A DNA stretch of 64,000 nt from the human T2T-CHM13v2.0 reference genome, Homo sapiens: assembly GCF_009914755.1 (NCBI RefSeq), contig NC_060940.1, one strand, 5' to 3'. The notes under the pieces were generated by a model, which saw only the letters and a list, made by a program, of their open reading frames with translations, had not been told where the DNA came from and made no database searches. The stretch's first letter is position 1, and every line of letters starts with the position of its first letter. Positions 1 through 13,700 of the stretch are shown in pieces. The translations under genes and the position numbers were made by a program.

Positions 1-2140
1 TTCAAAGATTCCACTCAATTCCATTCGATGATGATTCCCTTAGATTCCATTCGATGATTCCACTTGATTCCATTTACGATGATTCCATTCGATTCCATGT
101 GATGATTCCATTCAATTCTATTCAATGATGTTTCCACTTGATTCCATTCGAACATGATTGCCTTTGATTCCATTCAATGATTCCATACGGTTCCATTTGA
201 TGATGATTCCATTCGAGTGCATTAGATGATTCCATTCGAGTCCATTCGATGATTCCATTCGATTCCATTCGATGTTGATTCTGTTCAAATCCATTCGATG
301 ATTCCACTCGATTCCATTCGATGACTCCATTTGATCCCATTCGATGATTTCCTTTGATTCCCTTTGATGATCATTCCATTTGATTCAATTCGGTGATTTC
401 ATTTGATTCCATTCAGTGATGTTTCCATTCGACTCCTTTCGATGATGATTCCATTCGACTCCATTCGATTATGATTTCATTCAATTCCATTCGATAATGA
501 TTCCCTTCAAGTCCATTCGATGATTCCATTCGATTCCATTCAACGATGATTTGATTCGTGTCCATTCGATGATTCCATTTGATTCCATTTGATGATGATT
601 CCATTCGAGTCCATTTGATGATTCCATTCAATTCCATTCTCCGATGATTTCTTTTGAGCCCATTCAATGCTTCCACTCGATTCCATATGATGATGACTCC
701 ATTTGATGAAATTCCATGATGATTCCATTCGCTTGCATTCGATGATGATTCCACTTGAGTCCGTTAGAAGATTCTATTCAATTACATTCCATGACGATTC
801 TGTTCGAGTCCATTTGATGATTCCATTAGACTCCATTCGACGATGATTCCATTCGATGTTATTCGATGATGATTCTTTTCAACTCCATTCGATGTTTCCA
901 TTCGAGTTCATTCTATTATTCCATTAGATTCCATTCGATGATGATTCCATTCGATTCCATTTGATGATTGCATTCTATTTCATTTGATGATGATTCCATT
1001 CGAGTCCATTCGATGATTCCATTCGAGTCCATTTAATGAATCCATTGGTTTCAATTCTATGATGATTACATTGGATTCCATTCGTTGATGATTTCATTCG
1101 ATTCCATTCAATGATGATTCCATTCAATTCCATTCAATGATTCCATTCAATTCCATACGATGATGATTCCATTTGATTTGATTCGACAGTGAGCCATTTG
1201 ATTCAATTCCATGATGATTCTATTTGATTCAATTGGTTGACATTTCCATTCGATTCCATTCGATGATGATTCCATTTGATTCCATTCAAAGATGATTCCA
1301 TTCTAGCCCATTCAATCATTCCATTCGATTCTATTCAATGATGATTCCATTCATGTCGATTTGGTGATTCCATTTGACTTCATTTGATGATGATTCCTTT
1401 CAAGTTCATTAGATGATTCCATTCGATTCCATTTGATGATGATCCCATTCGAGTCCATTCAGTGATTCCACTCGTTTCCATTCCATGATGATTCCATTCC
1501 ATTCCATTCAATGATTCCATTCGATTCCGTTTGATGATGATTTCATTCGAGTCCATTTGATGATTCCGTTTGATTCCATTCGATGATGATTACATTCGAG
1601 TCCATAAGATGATTCCACTCAATTCCATATGATGATGATTCCATTTGATTCTATTCAATGGTGATTCCATTCGAGTACATTAGATGATTCCATTCGATTC
1701 CATTCAATGATGATTCTATTTGTGTCCCTTAGATGGTTCCACATGATTCCATTTCATGATGATACTATTTGAGCCCATCCAATGATTCCCTTCGATTCCA
1801 TTCGATGAGGATTCCATTCGATTCAATTCATTGGTGATTCTATTCAATTCAATTCTTTGATTCCATTCCATTCCATTCGACAATGATTCCATTCGATTTC
1901 TTTCGATGATTCCACTCGATTCCACTTGACATTGATTCCATTCGATTCCATTCAATGATTCCGTTTGATTCCAGTGGATGATGATTGCCATCGATTCCAT
2001 TCGATCACTCCATTCTATTCCATTTGATGATGATTACATTCGATTCCATTTGATGATTCCATCTGATTCTATTCGAGGATTCCATTTGATTCCATTCGAT
2101 GATGATTCCATTCGAGTGCATTCGATGATTTCATTCGAGT

Positions 2141-4771
2141 ACATCCAATGATTCCATTCGAGTCCATTTGATGATTCCATTTAATTCCATTTGATTATGA
2201 TTCTACTAGAGTCCATTCAATGACTCCATTCGAATCCATTCAACAATTCCATTCGAGGCCATTCGATGATTCCATTTCATGATTCCATTCGAGTCCATTT
2301 AATCATTACAGTCGAGTCCATTTGGTGATTCCACTGGATTTCTTTTGATAATGATACCATTCAATTACATTTGATGATGATCCCATTCAATTTCATTTGA
2401 TGGTGATTCCATTAGAGTCCATTCGATGATTTCATTCGAGTCCCTTCATTGATTCCATCCGATTTCATTGGATGATGACTCCATTCGAGTCCATTCGATG
2501 ATTCCACTCGATTCCATTAGATGATTCCATTGGAGTCCATTTGATTGTTCCATTCGATTCTATTCGATTCCTTTCGAAGATTATTCCATTTGAGTCCATT
2601 CGATGATGATTCCATTCCATTCCATTCGATGATTCCGTTTGATTCCATTCGATGATTCCCTTCAATTCCTTTCTTTGATGATTCCATTCCATTCCATTCA
2701 ATGATTCCATTCGAATCTATTCCATGATGATTCCTTTCGATTCCATTCGCTGATGTTTCCGTTCAATTCCATTCGATGATGATTCCATTCGATTCCATTC
2801 ATTGAGGATTCCATTTGATTCCATTCAATGATGATTCCATTCTATTCCATTCAATGATTGCATTCAATTCCATTCAATGATTATCCCATTAGAGTAAACT
2901 CAACGATTCCATTCAATACCATTCGATGATGATTCCTTTTGAGTCCATTCAATGATTTCATTCAAGTCCATTTGATGATTCCTTTCAATTCCATTCTATG
3001 ATGATTCCATTCGAGTCCATTCGATGATTCCATTCGATTGCATTCGATGATTCCATTATATTCCATTCAACGATGATTCCATTCGAGTCCATTCGATGAT
3101 TCCATTAGAGTACATTTAATGATTGCTTTGTTTTCAATTCGAAGATGATTACATTGGATTCCATTCTATGATACCATTCGATTCCATTCAATGATGATTT
3201 CACTCAAATCCATTGGATGATTCCATTCGTGTCCATTCGGTGATTTCCTTAGATTCCATTCGAGGATGATTCCATTCGATTCCATTCGATGATTCCATTC
3301 AATTCCATTCGATGATGATTCCATTCCAGTCCATATGATCATTCCATTTGATTTCATTCGATGATGATTCCATTCGATTCCATTCGATGATTCCATTTGA
3401 TTCCATTCGATGATGATTCCATTCGAGTCCATTCGATGATTCCATTCGAGTACATCCAATGATTCCATTCGAGTCCATTTGATGATTCCATTTGATTCCA
3501 TTTGATAATGATTCTACTAGAGTCCATTCAATGATTCCATTGGAGTCCATTCAACAATTCCATTCGACTCCATTTGATGATTCCATTCGATTCCATTTGA
3601 TGATTCCATTCGAGTCCATTTAATCATTACAGTCGAGTCCATTTGGTGATTTCACCGGATTTCTTTTGATATTGATACCATTCAATTACATTTGATGATG
3701 ATCCCATTCAATTTCATTTGATGGTGATTCCATTAGAGTCCATTCGATGATTTCATTCGAGTCCCTTCATTGATTCCATCCGATTTCATTGGATGATGAC
3801 ACCATTCGAGTCCATTCGATGATTCCACTCGATTCCATTAGATGATTCCATTGGAGTCCATTTGATTGTTCCATTCGATTCCATTCGATTCCTTTCGAAG
3901 ATTATTCCATTTGAGTCCATTCGATGATGATTCCATTCCATTCCATTCGATGATTCCGTTTGATTCCATTCGATGATTCCCTTCGATTCCTTTCTTTGAT
4001 GATTCCATTCCATTCCATTCAATGATTCCATTCGAATCTATTCCATGATGATTCCTTTCGATTCCATTCGCTGATGTTTCCTTTCAATTCCATTCGATGA
4101 TGATTCCATTCGATTCCATTCATTGAGGATTCCATTTGATTCCATTCAATGATGATTCCGTTCTATTCCATTCAATGATTGCATTCAATTCCATTCAATG
4201 ATTATCCCCTTAGAGTAAACTCAACGATTCCATTCAATACCATTCGATGATGATTCCTTTTGAGTCCATTCAATGATTTCATTCAAGTCCATTTGATGAT
4301 TCCTTTCAATTCCATTCTATGATGATTCCATTCGAGTCCATTCGATGATTCCTTTCGATTGCATTCGATGATTCCATTATATTCCATTCAACGATGATTC
4401 CATTCGAGTCCATTCGATGGTTCCATTAGAGTACATTTAATGATTGCTTTGTTTTCAATTCGAAGATGATTACATTCGATTCCATTCTATGATACCATTC
4501 GATTCCATTCAATGATGACTCCACTCAAATCCATTGGATGATTCCATTCGTGTCCATTCGGTGATTTCATTAGATTCCATTCGAGGATGATTCCATTCGA
4601 TTCCATTCGATGATTCCATTCAATTCCATTCGAGGATGATTCCATTCCAGTCCATATGATCATTCCATTTAATTTCATTCGATGATGATTCCATTCGATT
4701 CCATTCGATGATTCCATTCTATTCCATTCGATGATGATTCCATTCGAGTCCATTCGATGATTCCATTCGAG
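2141..4771 (+). repeat. ~1,321-bp tandem duplication (junction near 3440-3451)
   Basis: gagtacatccaatg recurs at 2141 and 3452. ORF offsets 2465/3786 and 3166/4487 both equal 1,321. It is absent from the orthologous region at 28.8-30.1 kb. Confidence 0.9.
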
Positions 4772-7700
4772 TCCATTTAATGATTCCATTGGGTTCAATT
4801 CAATGATGATTACATTGGATTCCGTTCTATGATTCCATTCAATTCCGTTCATTGACAATTTGATTCCATTCGATGATGATTCCATTTGAGTTCATTCGAT
4901 GATTCTATTTGATTCTCTTCGATGATGATTCAATTCTATTGTATTGGATGATTCCATTCGATTCCATTTGATGTTGATTCAATTCGATTCTATTCGATGA
5001 TGATTCCATTGGATATCACTTGATGATTCTATTCGATTCCATTCAATGATGATTCACTTCTCGTCCATTGGATGATTCCATTTCATTCCATTCGATGATG
5101 ATTCCATTCGATTCCATTCGATGATTCCATTTGATTCCATGCGTCGGTGAGCAATTCGATTCAATTCCATGATGATTCTATTTGATTCAATTAGATGATG
5201 TTTCCATTCGAATCCATTCCATGATTATTCCATTGGAATCCATTCGGCGATGATTCCATATGAGTCAATTCAATGATGATTCCATATGGGTCCGTTCGAT
5301 GATAATTCCATTTGATTTCATTCGGTGCTTCTATTCAATTCCAGTCGATGATGATTCCGTTGGAGTCCATACGATGATTCCATTTGATTTCATTTGATGA
5401 TGATTCCATTCGATGATGATTACATTGGATTCCATTCTATGATTCCATTCAATTCCATTCGTTGATGATTCGATTCCATTCAATGATGATTCCATTTGAG
5501 TTCATTCGATGATTCTATTCGATTCCGTTCGATGGTGATTCAATTCTCTTATATTGGATGAATCCACTCGATTCCATTTGATGATTATTCCATTGGAGTC
5601 CACTTAGTGAATCCTTTAGATTATACTCGAAGATGATTCCATTCGAGTCCATTCGATGATACCATTCAATTCCATTCGTTGATGCTTCCATTCAAGTGCA
5701 TTCGATGATATCATTCGATTCCATTTGATGATAATTCCATTTGATTCCATGCGATGATTCTATTCGATTCCATTCAATGATAATTCCATTCAGTTCAGTG
5801 ATTCCTCTGGACTCCATTTGATGATGATTCCATTCAATGATTCCATTCGATTCTATTCGAAAATGATTCCATTTGAATCCATTTGATGATGATTTCATTA
5901 GATTCCATTTGATGTTTCCATTCGATTCCATGCGACGATGATTCCATTCGATTCCATATGATGATTCCATTCTATTCTATTCGATGATGATTCCATTGGA
6001 TTCCATTCGATGATGATTGGATTCGATTCCATTTGATGATTTCATTTGATTCCATTCGTTAATGATTTCGATCAATTCCATTCGATGATTCCATTCGATT
6101 CCATTCGATAATGATTACATCCGTGTCCATTCAATGATTCCATTTGAGCCTGTTCGATAATTCCATTTGAGTCCAACCAATGATTCCATTCATTACCATT
6201 CAATGATTCCATTCGAGTCCATTTGATCATTCCGGTAGGGTCCATTCGATGTTGATTCCATTGGAGTGCATTCGATGATTCCATTCGAGTCCATTTTATG
6301 ATTTGATTCGAGTCCTTTCGATGATTCCATTCGATTCCACTCGATGATGATTTCATTCGAGTCCATTCGACACTTCCAATCGATTCCATTTGATGTTTCC
6401 ATTCGAGTCCAATTGATGATTCCATTCAATTCCATTCGATGATGATTCCGTATGATTCCATTCTGTGATGATTCCATGTGATTGCATTCAATGATGATTC
6501 CTTTAGATTGCATTCGATTGTCATTCATTTCGTCTTCATTCTATGGTTCCACAGGTTTCCATTCGTGTCCATTCCATTATTCCATTCTATTCCATTTGAT
6601 GATGATTCCATTCGATTCCATTCATTGGTGATTCCACTCAATTCCATTCAATGATTCCATTCCATTTCTTTCAACAATGATTCCATTAGCTTCTAATCGA
6701 TGATCCACTTGATTCCATTTGACGACGATTCCATTCTTGTCCATTCGATGATTCCATTTGATTCCATATGATGATGATTCCATTCGATTCCATACGATGA
6801 TGATTCCATTCGAGTCCATTCAATGGTGATTCCATTCAATTCCATTCGATGATTCCTTTCGATTCCATTCGATGATGATGGCATTCGATTGCTTTCAATC
6901 ATTCCCTTTGATTCCATTCAAAGGTGATTTCATTCAAGTCCATTCGATAATTGCATTCGATTCCATTTTATGATGATTCCATTCGAGTCCATTTGATGAT
7001 TCCATTCAATTCAAGTCAATGATGATTCCATTCGATTCCATTCGATGATTCCATTGGATTCCATTCGATGATGATTCCATTCAAATCCATTCGATAATTC
7101 AATTCAAGTCCATTCGATGATGATTAAAATCGAATCCATTCAAAGATTCCATTCAGTTTCATTCGATGATTCCCTTAGATTCCATTCGATGATTCCACTT
7201 GATTCCATTTACGATGATTCCATTAGATTCCATGTGATGATTCCATTCAATTCTATTCAATGCTGTTTCCATTTGATTCCATTCGACCATGATTGCCTTT
7301 GATTCCATTCAATGACTCCATTCGGTTCCTTTTGATGATGATTCCGTTCGATTCCATTTGATGATTCCATTTGATTCCATTGGATGAGTCCATTCGATTA
7401 CATTCGATGATTATTCCATTCGAGTGCATTAGATGATTCCATTCGAGTCCATTCGATGATTCCATTCGATTCCATTCGATGTTGATTCTGTTCAAATCCA
7501 TTCGATGATTCCACTCGATTCCATTCGATGACTCCAGTTGATCCCATTCGATGATTTCCTTTGATTCCCTTTGATGATCATTCCATTTGATTCAATTCGG
7601 TGATTTCATTTGATTCCATTCAGTGATGTTTCCATTCGACTCCATTCGATGATGATTCCATTCGACTCCATTCGATTATGATTTCATTCAATTCCATTCG

Positions 7701-10700
7701 ATAATGATTCCCTTCGAGTCCATTCGATGATTCCATTCGATTCCATTCAACAATGACTTGATTCGTGTCCATTCGATGATTCCATTTGATTCCATTTGAT
7801 GAGGATTCCATTCGAGTCCATTTGATGATTCCATTCAATTCCATTCTCCGATGATTTCTTTTGAGCCCATTCAATGCTTCCACTCGATTCCATATGATGA
7901 TGACTCCATTCGATGAAATTCGATGATGATTCCATTCGCTTGCATTCGATGATGATTCGATTTGAGTCCATTAGAAGATTCTATTCAATTACATTCCATG
8001 ACGATTCCGTTCGAGTCCATTTGATGATTCCATTAGACTCCATTCGACGATGATTCCATTCGATGTTATTCGATGATTCCATTCGATCTCATTCGATGAT
8101 GATTCCATTCAACTCCATTCGATGTTTCCATTCGAGTTCATTCTATTATTCCATTAGATTCCATTCGATGATGATTCCATTCGATTCCATTTGATGATTG
8201 CATTCTATTTCATTTGATGATGATTCCATTCGAGTCCACTCGATGATTCCATTCGAGTCCATTTAATGAATCCATTGGTTTCAATTCTATGATGATTACA
8301 TTGGATTCCATTCGTTGATGATTTCATTCGGTTCCATTCAATGATGATTCCATTCAATTCCTTTCAATGTTTCCATTCAATTCCATACGATGATGATTCC
8401 ATTTGATTTGATTCGACAGTGAGCCATTCGATTCAATTCCATGATGATTCTATTTGATTCCATTGGTTGACATTTCCATTCGATTCCATTCGATGATGAT
8501 TCCCTTTGATTCCATTCAAAGATGATTCCATTCTAGCCCATTCAATCATTCCATTCGATTCTATTCAATGATGATTCCATTCATGTCGATTTGGTGATTC
8601 CATTTGACTTCATTTGATGATGATTCCTTTCAAGTTCATTAGATGATTCCATTCGATTCCATTTGATGATGATCCCATTCGAGTCCATTCAGTGATTCCA
8701 CTCGTTTCCATTCCATGATGATTCCATTCCATTCCATTCAATGATTCCATTCGATTCCGTTTGATGATGATTTCATTCGAGTCCATTTGATGATTCCATT
8801 TGATTCCATTCGATGATGATTCCATTCGAGTCCATTCGATGATTCTATTCGAATCCATTTGATGATTTCTTTTGATTATAGTTGGTGATGATTCCATTGG
8901 AGTCCATTCAATGATTCCATTCGATTCCAATCGATGGTGATTCCATTAGAGTCCATTTAACGATTCCATTTGATTCCAGTCTCTGATGATTACATTCGAG
9001 TCCATACGATGATTCCACTCAATTCCATATGATGATGATTCCATTCGATTCCATTCGATGATTCCATTCTATTCTATTCAATGGTGATTCCATTCGAGTA
9101 CATTAGATGATTCCATTCGATTCCATTCAATGATGATTCTATTTGTGTCCCTTAGATGATTCCACATGATTCCATTAGATGATGATACTATTTGAGCCCA
9201 TCCAATGATTCCCTTCGATTCCATTCGATGAGGATTCCATTCGATTCAATTCATTGGTGATTCTATTCAATTCAATTCTTTGATTCCATTCCATTCCATT
9301 CGACAATGATTCCATTCGATTTCTTTCGATGATTCCACTCGATTCCACTTGACATTGATTCCCTTCGATTCCATTCAATGATTCCATTTGATTCCAGTGG
9401 ATGATGATTGCCATCGATTCCATTCGATCACTCCATTATATTCCATTTGATGATGATTACATTCGATTCCATTTGACGATTCCATCTGATTCTATTCGAG
9501 GATTCCATTTGATTCCATTCGATGATGATTCCATTCGAGTCCATTCGATGATTTCATTCGAGTACATCCAATGATTCCATTCGAGTCCATTTGATGATTC
9601 CATTTGATTCCATTTGATAATGATTCTACTAGAGTCCATTCAGTGACTCCATTGGAGTCCATTCAACAATTCCATTCGATTCCATTTGATGATTCCATTC
9701 GATCCCATTTGATGATTCCATTCGAGTCCATTTAATCATTACAGTCGAGTTCATTTGGTGATTCCACCGGGTTTCTTTTGATATTGATACCATTCAATTA
9801 CATTTGATGATGATCCCATTCAATTTCATTTGATGGTGATTCCATTAGAGTCCATTCGATGATTTCATTCGAGTCCCTTCATTGATTCCATCCGATTTCA
9901 TTGGATGATGACTCCATTCGAGTCCATTCGATGATTCCACTCGATTCCATTAGATGATTCCATTGGAGTCCATTTGATTGTTCCATTCGATTCCATTCGA
10001 TTCCTTTCGAAGATTATTCCATTTGAGTCCATTCGATGATGATTCCATTCCATTCCATTCGATGATTCCGTTTGATTCCATTCGATGATTCCCTTCGATT
10101 CCTTTCTTTGATGATTCCATTCCATTCCATTCAATGATTCCATTCGAATCTATTCCATGATGATTCCTTTCGATTCCATTCGCTGATGTTTCCTTTCAAT
10201 TCCATTCGATGATGATTCCATTCGATTCCATTCATTGAGGATTCCATTTGATTCCATTCAATGATGATTCCGTTCTATTCCATTCAATGATTGCATTCAA
10301 TTCCATTCAATGATTATCCCCTTAGAGTAAACTCAACGATTCCATTCAATACCATTCGATGATGATTCCTTTTGAGTCCATTCAATGATTTCATTCAAGT
10401 CCATTTGATGATTCCTTTCAATTCCATTCTATGATGATTCCATTCGAGTCCATTCGATGATTCCATTCGATTGCATTCGATGATTCCATTATATTCCAGT
10501 CAACGATGATTCCATTCGAGTCCATTCGATGATTCCATTAGAGTACATTTAATGATTGCTTTGTTTTCAATTCGAAGATGATTACATTGGATTCCATTCT
10601 ATGATACCATTCGATTCCATTCAATGATGATTCCACTCAAATCCATTGGATGATTCCATTCGTGTCCATTCGGTGATTTCATTAGATTCCATTCGAGGAT

Positions 10701-13700
10701 GATTCCATTCGATTCCATTCGATGATTCCATTCAATTCCATTCGATGATGATTCCATTCCAGTCCATATGATCATTCCATTTGATTTCATTCGATGATGA
10801 TTCCATTCGATTCCATTCGATGATTCCATTCTATTCCATTCGATGATGATTCCATTCGAGTCCATTCGATGATTCCATTCGAGTCCATTTAATGATTCCA
10901 TTGGGTTCAATTCAATGATGATTACATTGGATTCCGTTCTATGATTCCATTCAATTCCGTTCATTGACAATTTGATTCCATTCGATGATGATTCCATTTG
11001 AGTTCATTCGATGATTCTATTCGATTCTCTTCGATGGTGATTCAATTCTATTATATTGGATGATTCCATTCGATTCCATTTGATGTTGATTCAATTCGAT
11101 TCTATTCGATGATGATTCCATTGGATTTCACTTGATGATTCTATTCGATTCCATTCAATGATGATTCACTTCTCGTCCATTGGATGATTCCATTTCATTC
11201 CATTCGATGATGATTCCATTCGATTCCATTCGATGATTCCATTTGATTCCATGCGACGGTGGGCAATTCGATTCAATTCCATGATGATTCTATTTGATTC
11301 AATTAGATGATGTTTCCATTCGAATCCGTTCCATGATTATTCCATTGGAATCCATTTGGCGATGATTCCATATGAGTCAATTCAATGATGATTCCATATG
11401 GGTCCGTTCGATGATAATTCCATTTGATTTCATTCGATGCTTCTATTCAATTCCAGTCGATGATGATTCCGTTGGAGTCCATACGATGATTCCATTTGAT
11501 TTCATTTGATGATGATTCCATTCGATGATGATTACATTGGATTCCATTCTATGATTCCATTCAATTCCATTCGTTGATGATTCGATTCCATTCAATGATG
11601 ATTCCATTTGAGTTCATTCGATGATTCTATTCGATTCCGTTCGATGGTGATTCAATTCTATTATATTGGATGATTCCACTCGATTCCATTTGATGATTAT
11701 TCCATTGGAGTCCACTTAGTGAATCCTTTAGATTCTACTCGAAGATGATTCCATTCGAGTCCATTCAATGATACCATTCAATTTCATTCGTTGATGCTTC
11801 CATTCAAGTGCATTCGATGATATCATTCGATTCCATTTGATGATAATTCCATTTGATTCCATGCGATGATTCTATTCGATTCCATTCAATGATAATTCCA
11901 TTCAATTCAGTGATTCCTCTGGACTCCATTTGATGATGATTCCATTCAATGATTCCATTCGATTCTATTCCAAAATGATTCCATTTGAATCCATTTGATG
12001 ATGATTCCATTAGATTCCATTTGATGATTCCATTCGATTGCATTTGACGATGATTCCATTCGATTCCATTTGATGATTTCATTCTATTCTATTCGATGAT
12101 GATTCCATTCGATTCCATTTGATGATGATTGGATTCGATTCCATTTGATGATTTCATTTGATTCCATTCGTTAATGATTTCGATCAACTCCATTCGATGA
12201 TTCCATTTGATTCCATTCGATAATGATTACATCCGAGTCCATTCGATGATTCCATTTGAGCCCGTTCGATAATTCCATTTGAGTCCAATCAATGATTCCA
12301 TTCATTTCCATTCAATGATTCCATTCGAGTCCATTTGATCATTCTGGTAGGGTCCGTTCGATGTTGATTCCATTGGAGTGCATTCGATGATTCCATTCGA
12401 GTCCATTTTATGATTTGATTCGAGTCCTTTCGATGATTCCATTCGATTCCACTCGATGATGATTTCATTCGAGTCCATTCGACACTTCCAATCGATTCCA
12501 TTTGATGTTTCCATTCGAGTCCATTCGATGATTCCATTCAATTCCATTCGATGATGATTCCATTCCAGTCCATATGATCATTCCATTTGATTTCATTCGA
12601 TGATGATTCCATTCGATTCCATTCGATGATTCCATTTGATTCCATTCGATGATGATTCCATTCGAGTCCATTCGATGATTCCATTCGAGTACATCCAATG
12701 ATTCCGTTCGAGTCCATTTGATGATTCCATTTGATTCCATTTGATAATGATTCTACTAGAGTCCATTCAATGATTCCATTGGAGTCCATTCAACAATTCC
12801 ATTCGACTCCATTTGATGATTCCATTCGATTCCATTTGATGATTCCATTCGAGTCCATTTAATCATTACAGTCGAGTACATTTGGTGATTCCACCGGATT
12901 TCTTTTGATATTGATACCATTCAATTACATTTGATGATGATCCCATTCAATTTCATTTGATGGTGATTCCATTAGAGTCCATTCGATGATTTCATTCGAG
13001 TCCCTTCATTGATTCCATCCGATTTCATTGGATGATGACACCATTCGAGTCCATTCGATGATTCCACTCGATTCCATTAGATGATTCCATTGGAGTCCAT
13101 TTGATTGTTCCATTCGATTCCATTCGATTCCTTTCGAAGATTATTCCATTTGAGTCCATTCGATGATGATTCCATTCCATTCCATTCGATGATTCCGTTT
13201 GATTCCATTCGATGATTCCCTTCGATTCCTTTCTTTGATGATTCCATTCCATTCCATTCAATGATTCCATTCGAATCTATTCCATGATGATTCCTTTCGA
13301 TTCCATTCGCTGATGTTTCCTTTCAATTCCATTCGATGATGATTCCATTCGATTCCATTCATTGAGGATTCCATTTGATTCCATTCAATGATGATTCCGT
13401 TCTATTCCATTCAATGATTGCATTCAATTCCATTCAATGATTATCCCCTTAGAGTAAACTCAACGATTCCATTCAATACCATTCGATGATGATTCCTTTT
13501 GAGTCCATTCAATGATTTCATTCAAGTCCATTTGATGATTCCTTTCAATTCCATTCTATGATGATTCCATTCGAGTCCATTCGATGATTCCTTTCGATTG
13601 CATTCGATGATTCCATTATATTCCATTCAACGATGATTCCATTCGAGTCCATTCGATGGTTCCATTAGAGTTCATTTAATGATTGCTTTGTTTTCAATTC

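Noticed and set aside
1490-1512. Short (CATTC)3-4 runs suggesting HSat3
   Set aside because: Runs are only 3-4 pentamers embedded in ATG-interrupted HSat2 monomers.
7117-7302. Recurrent plus-strand 61-aa ORF (also 16356, 32428, 48686)
   Set aside because: Chance open frame (MIPFDSI-type satellite translation) repeated only because the unit is repeated; no coding features.
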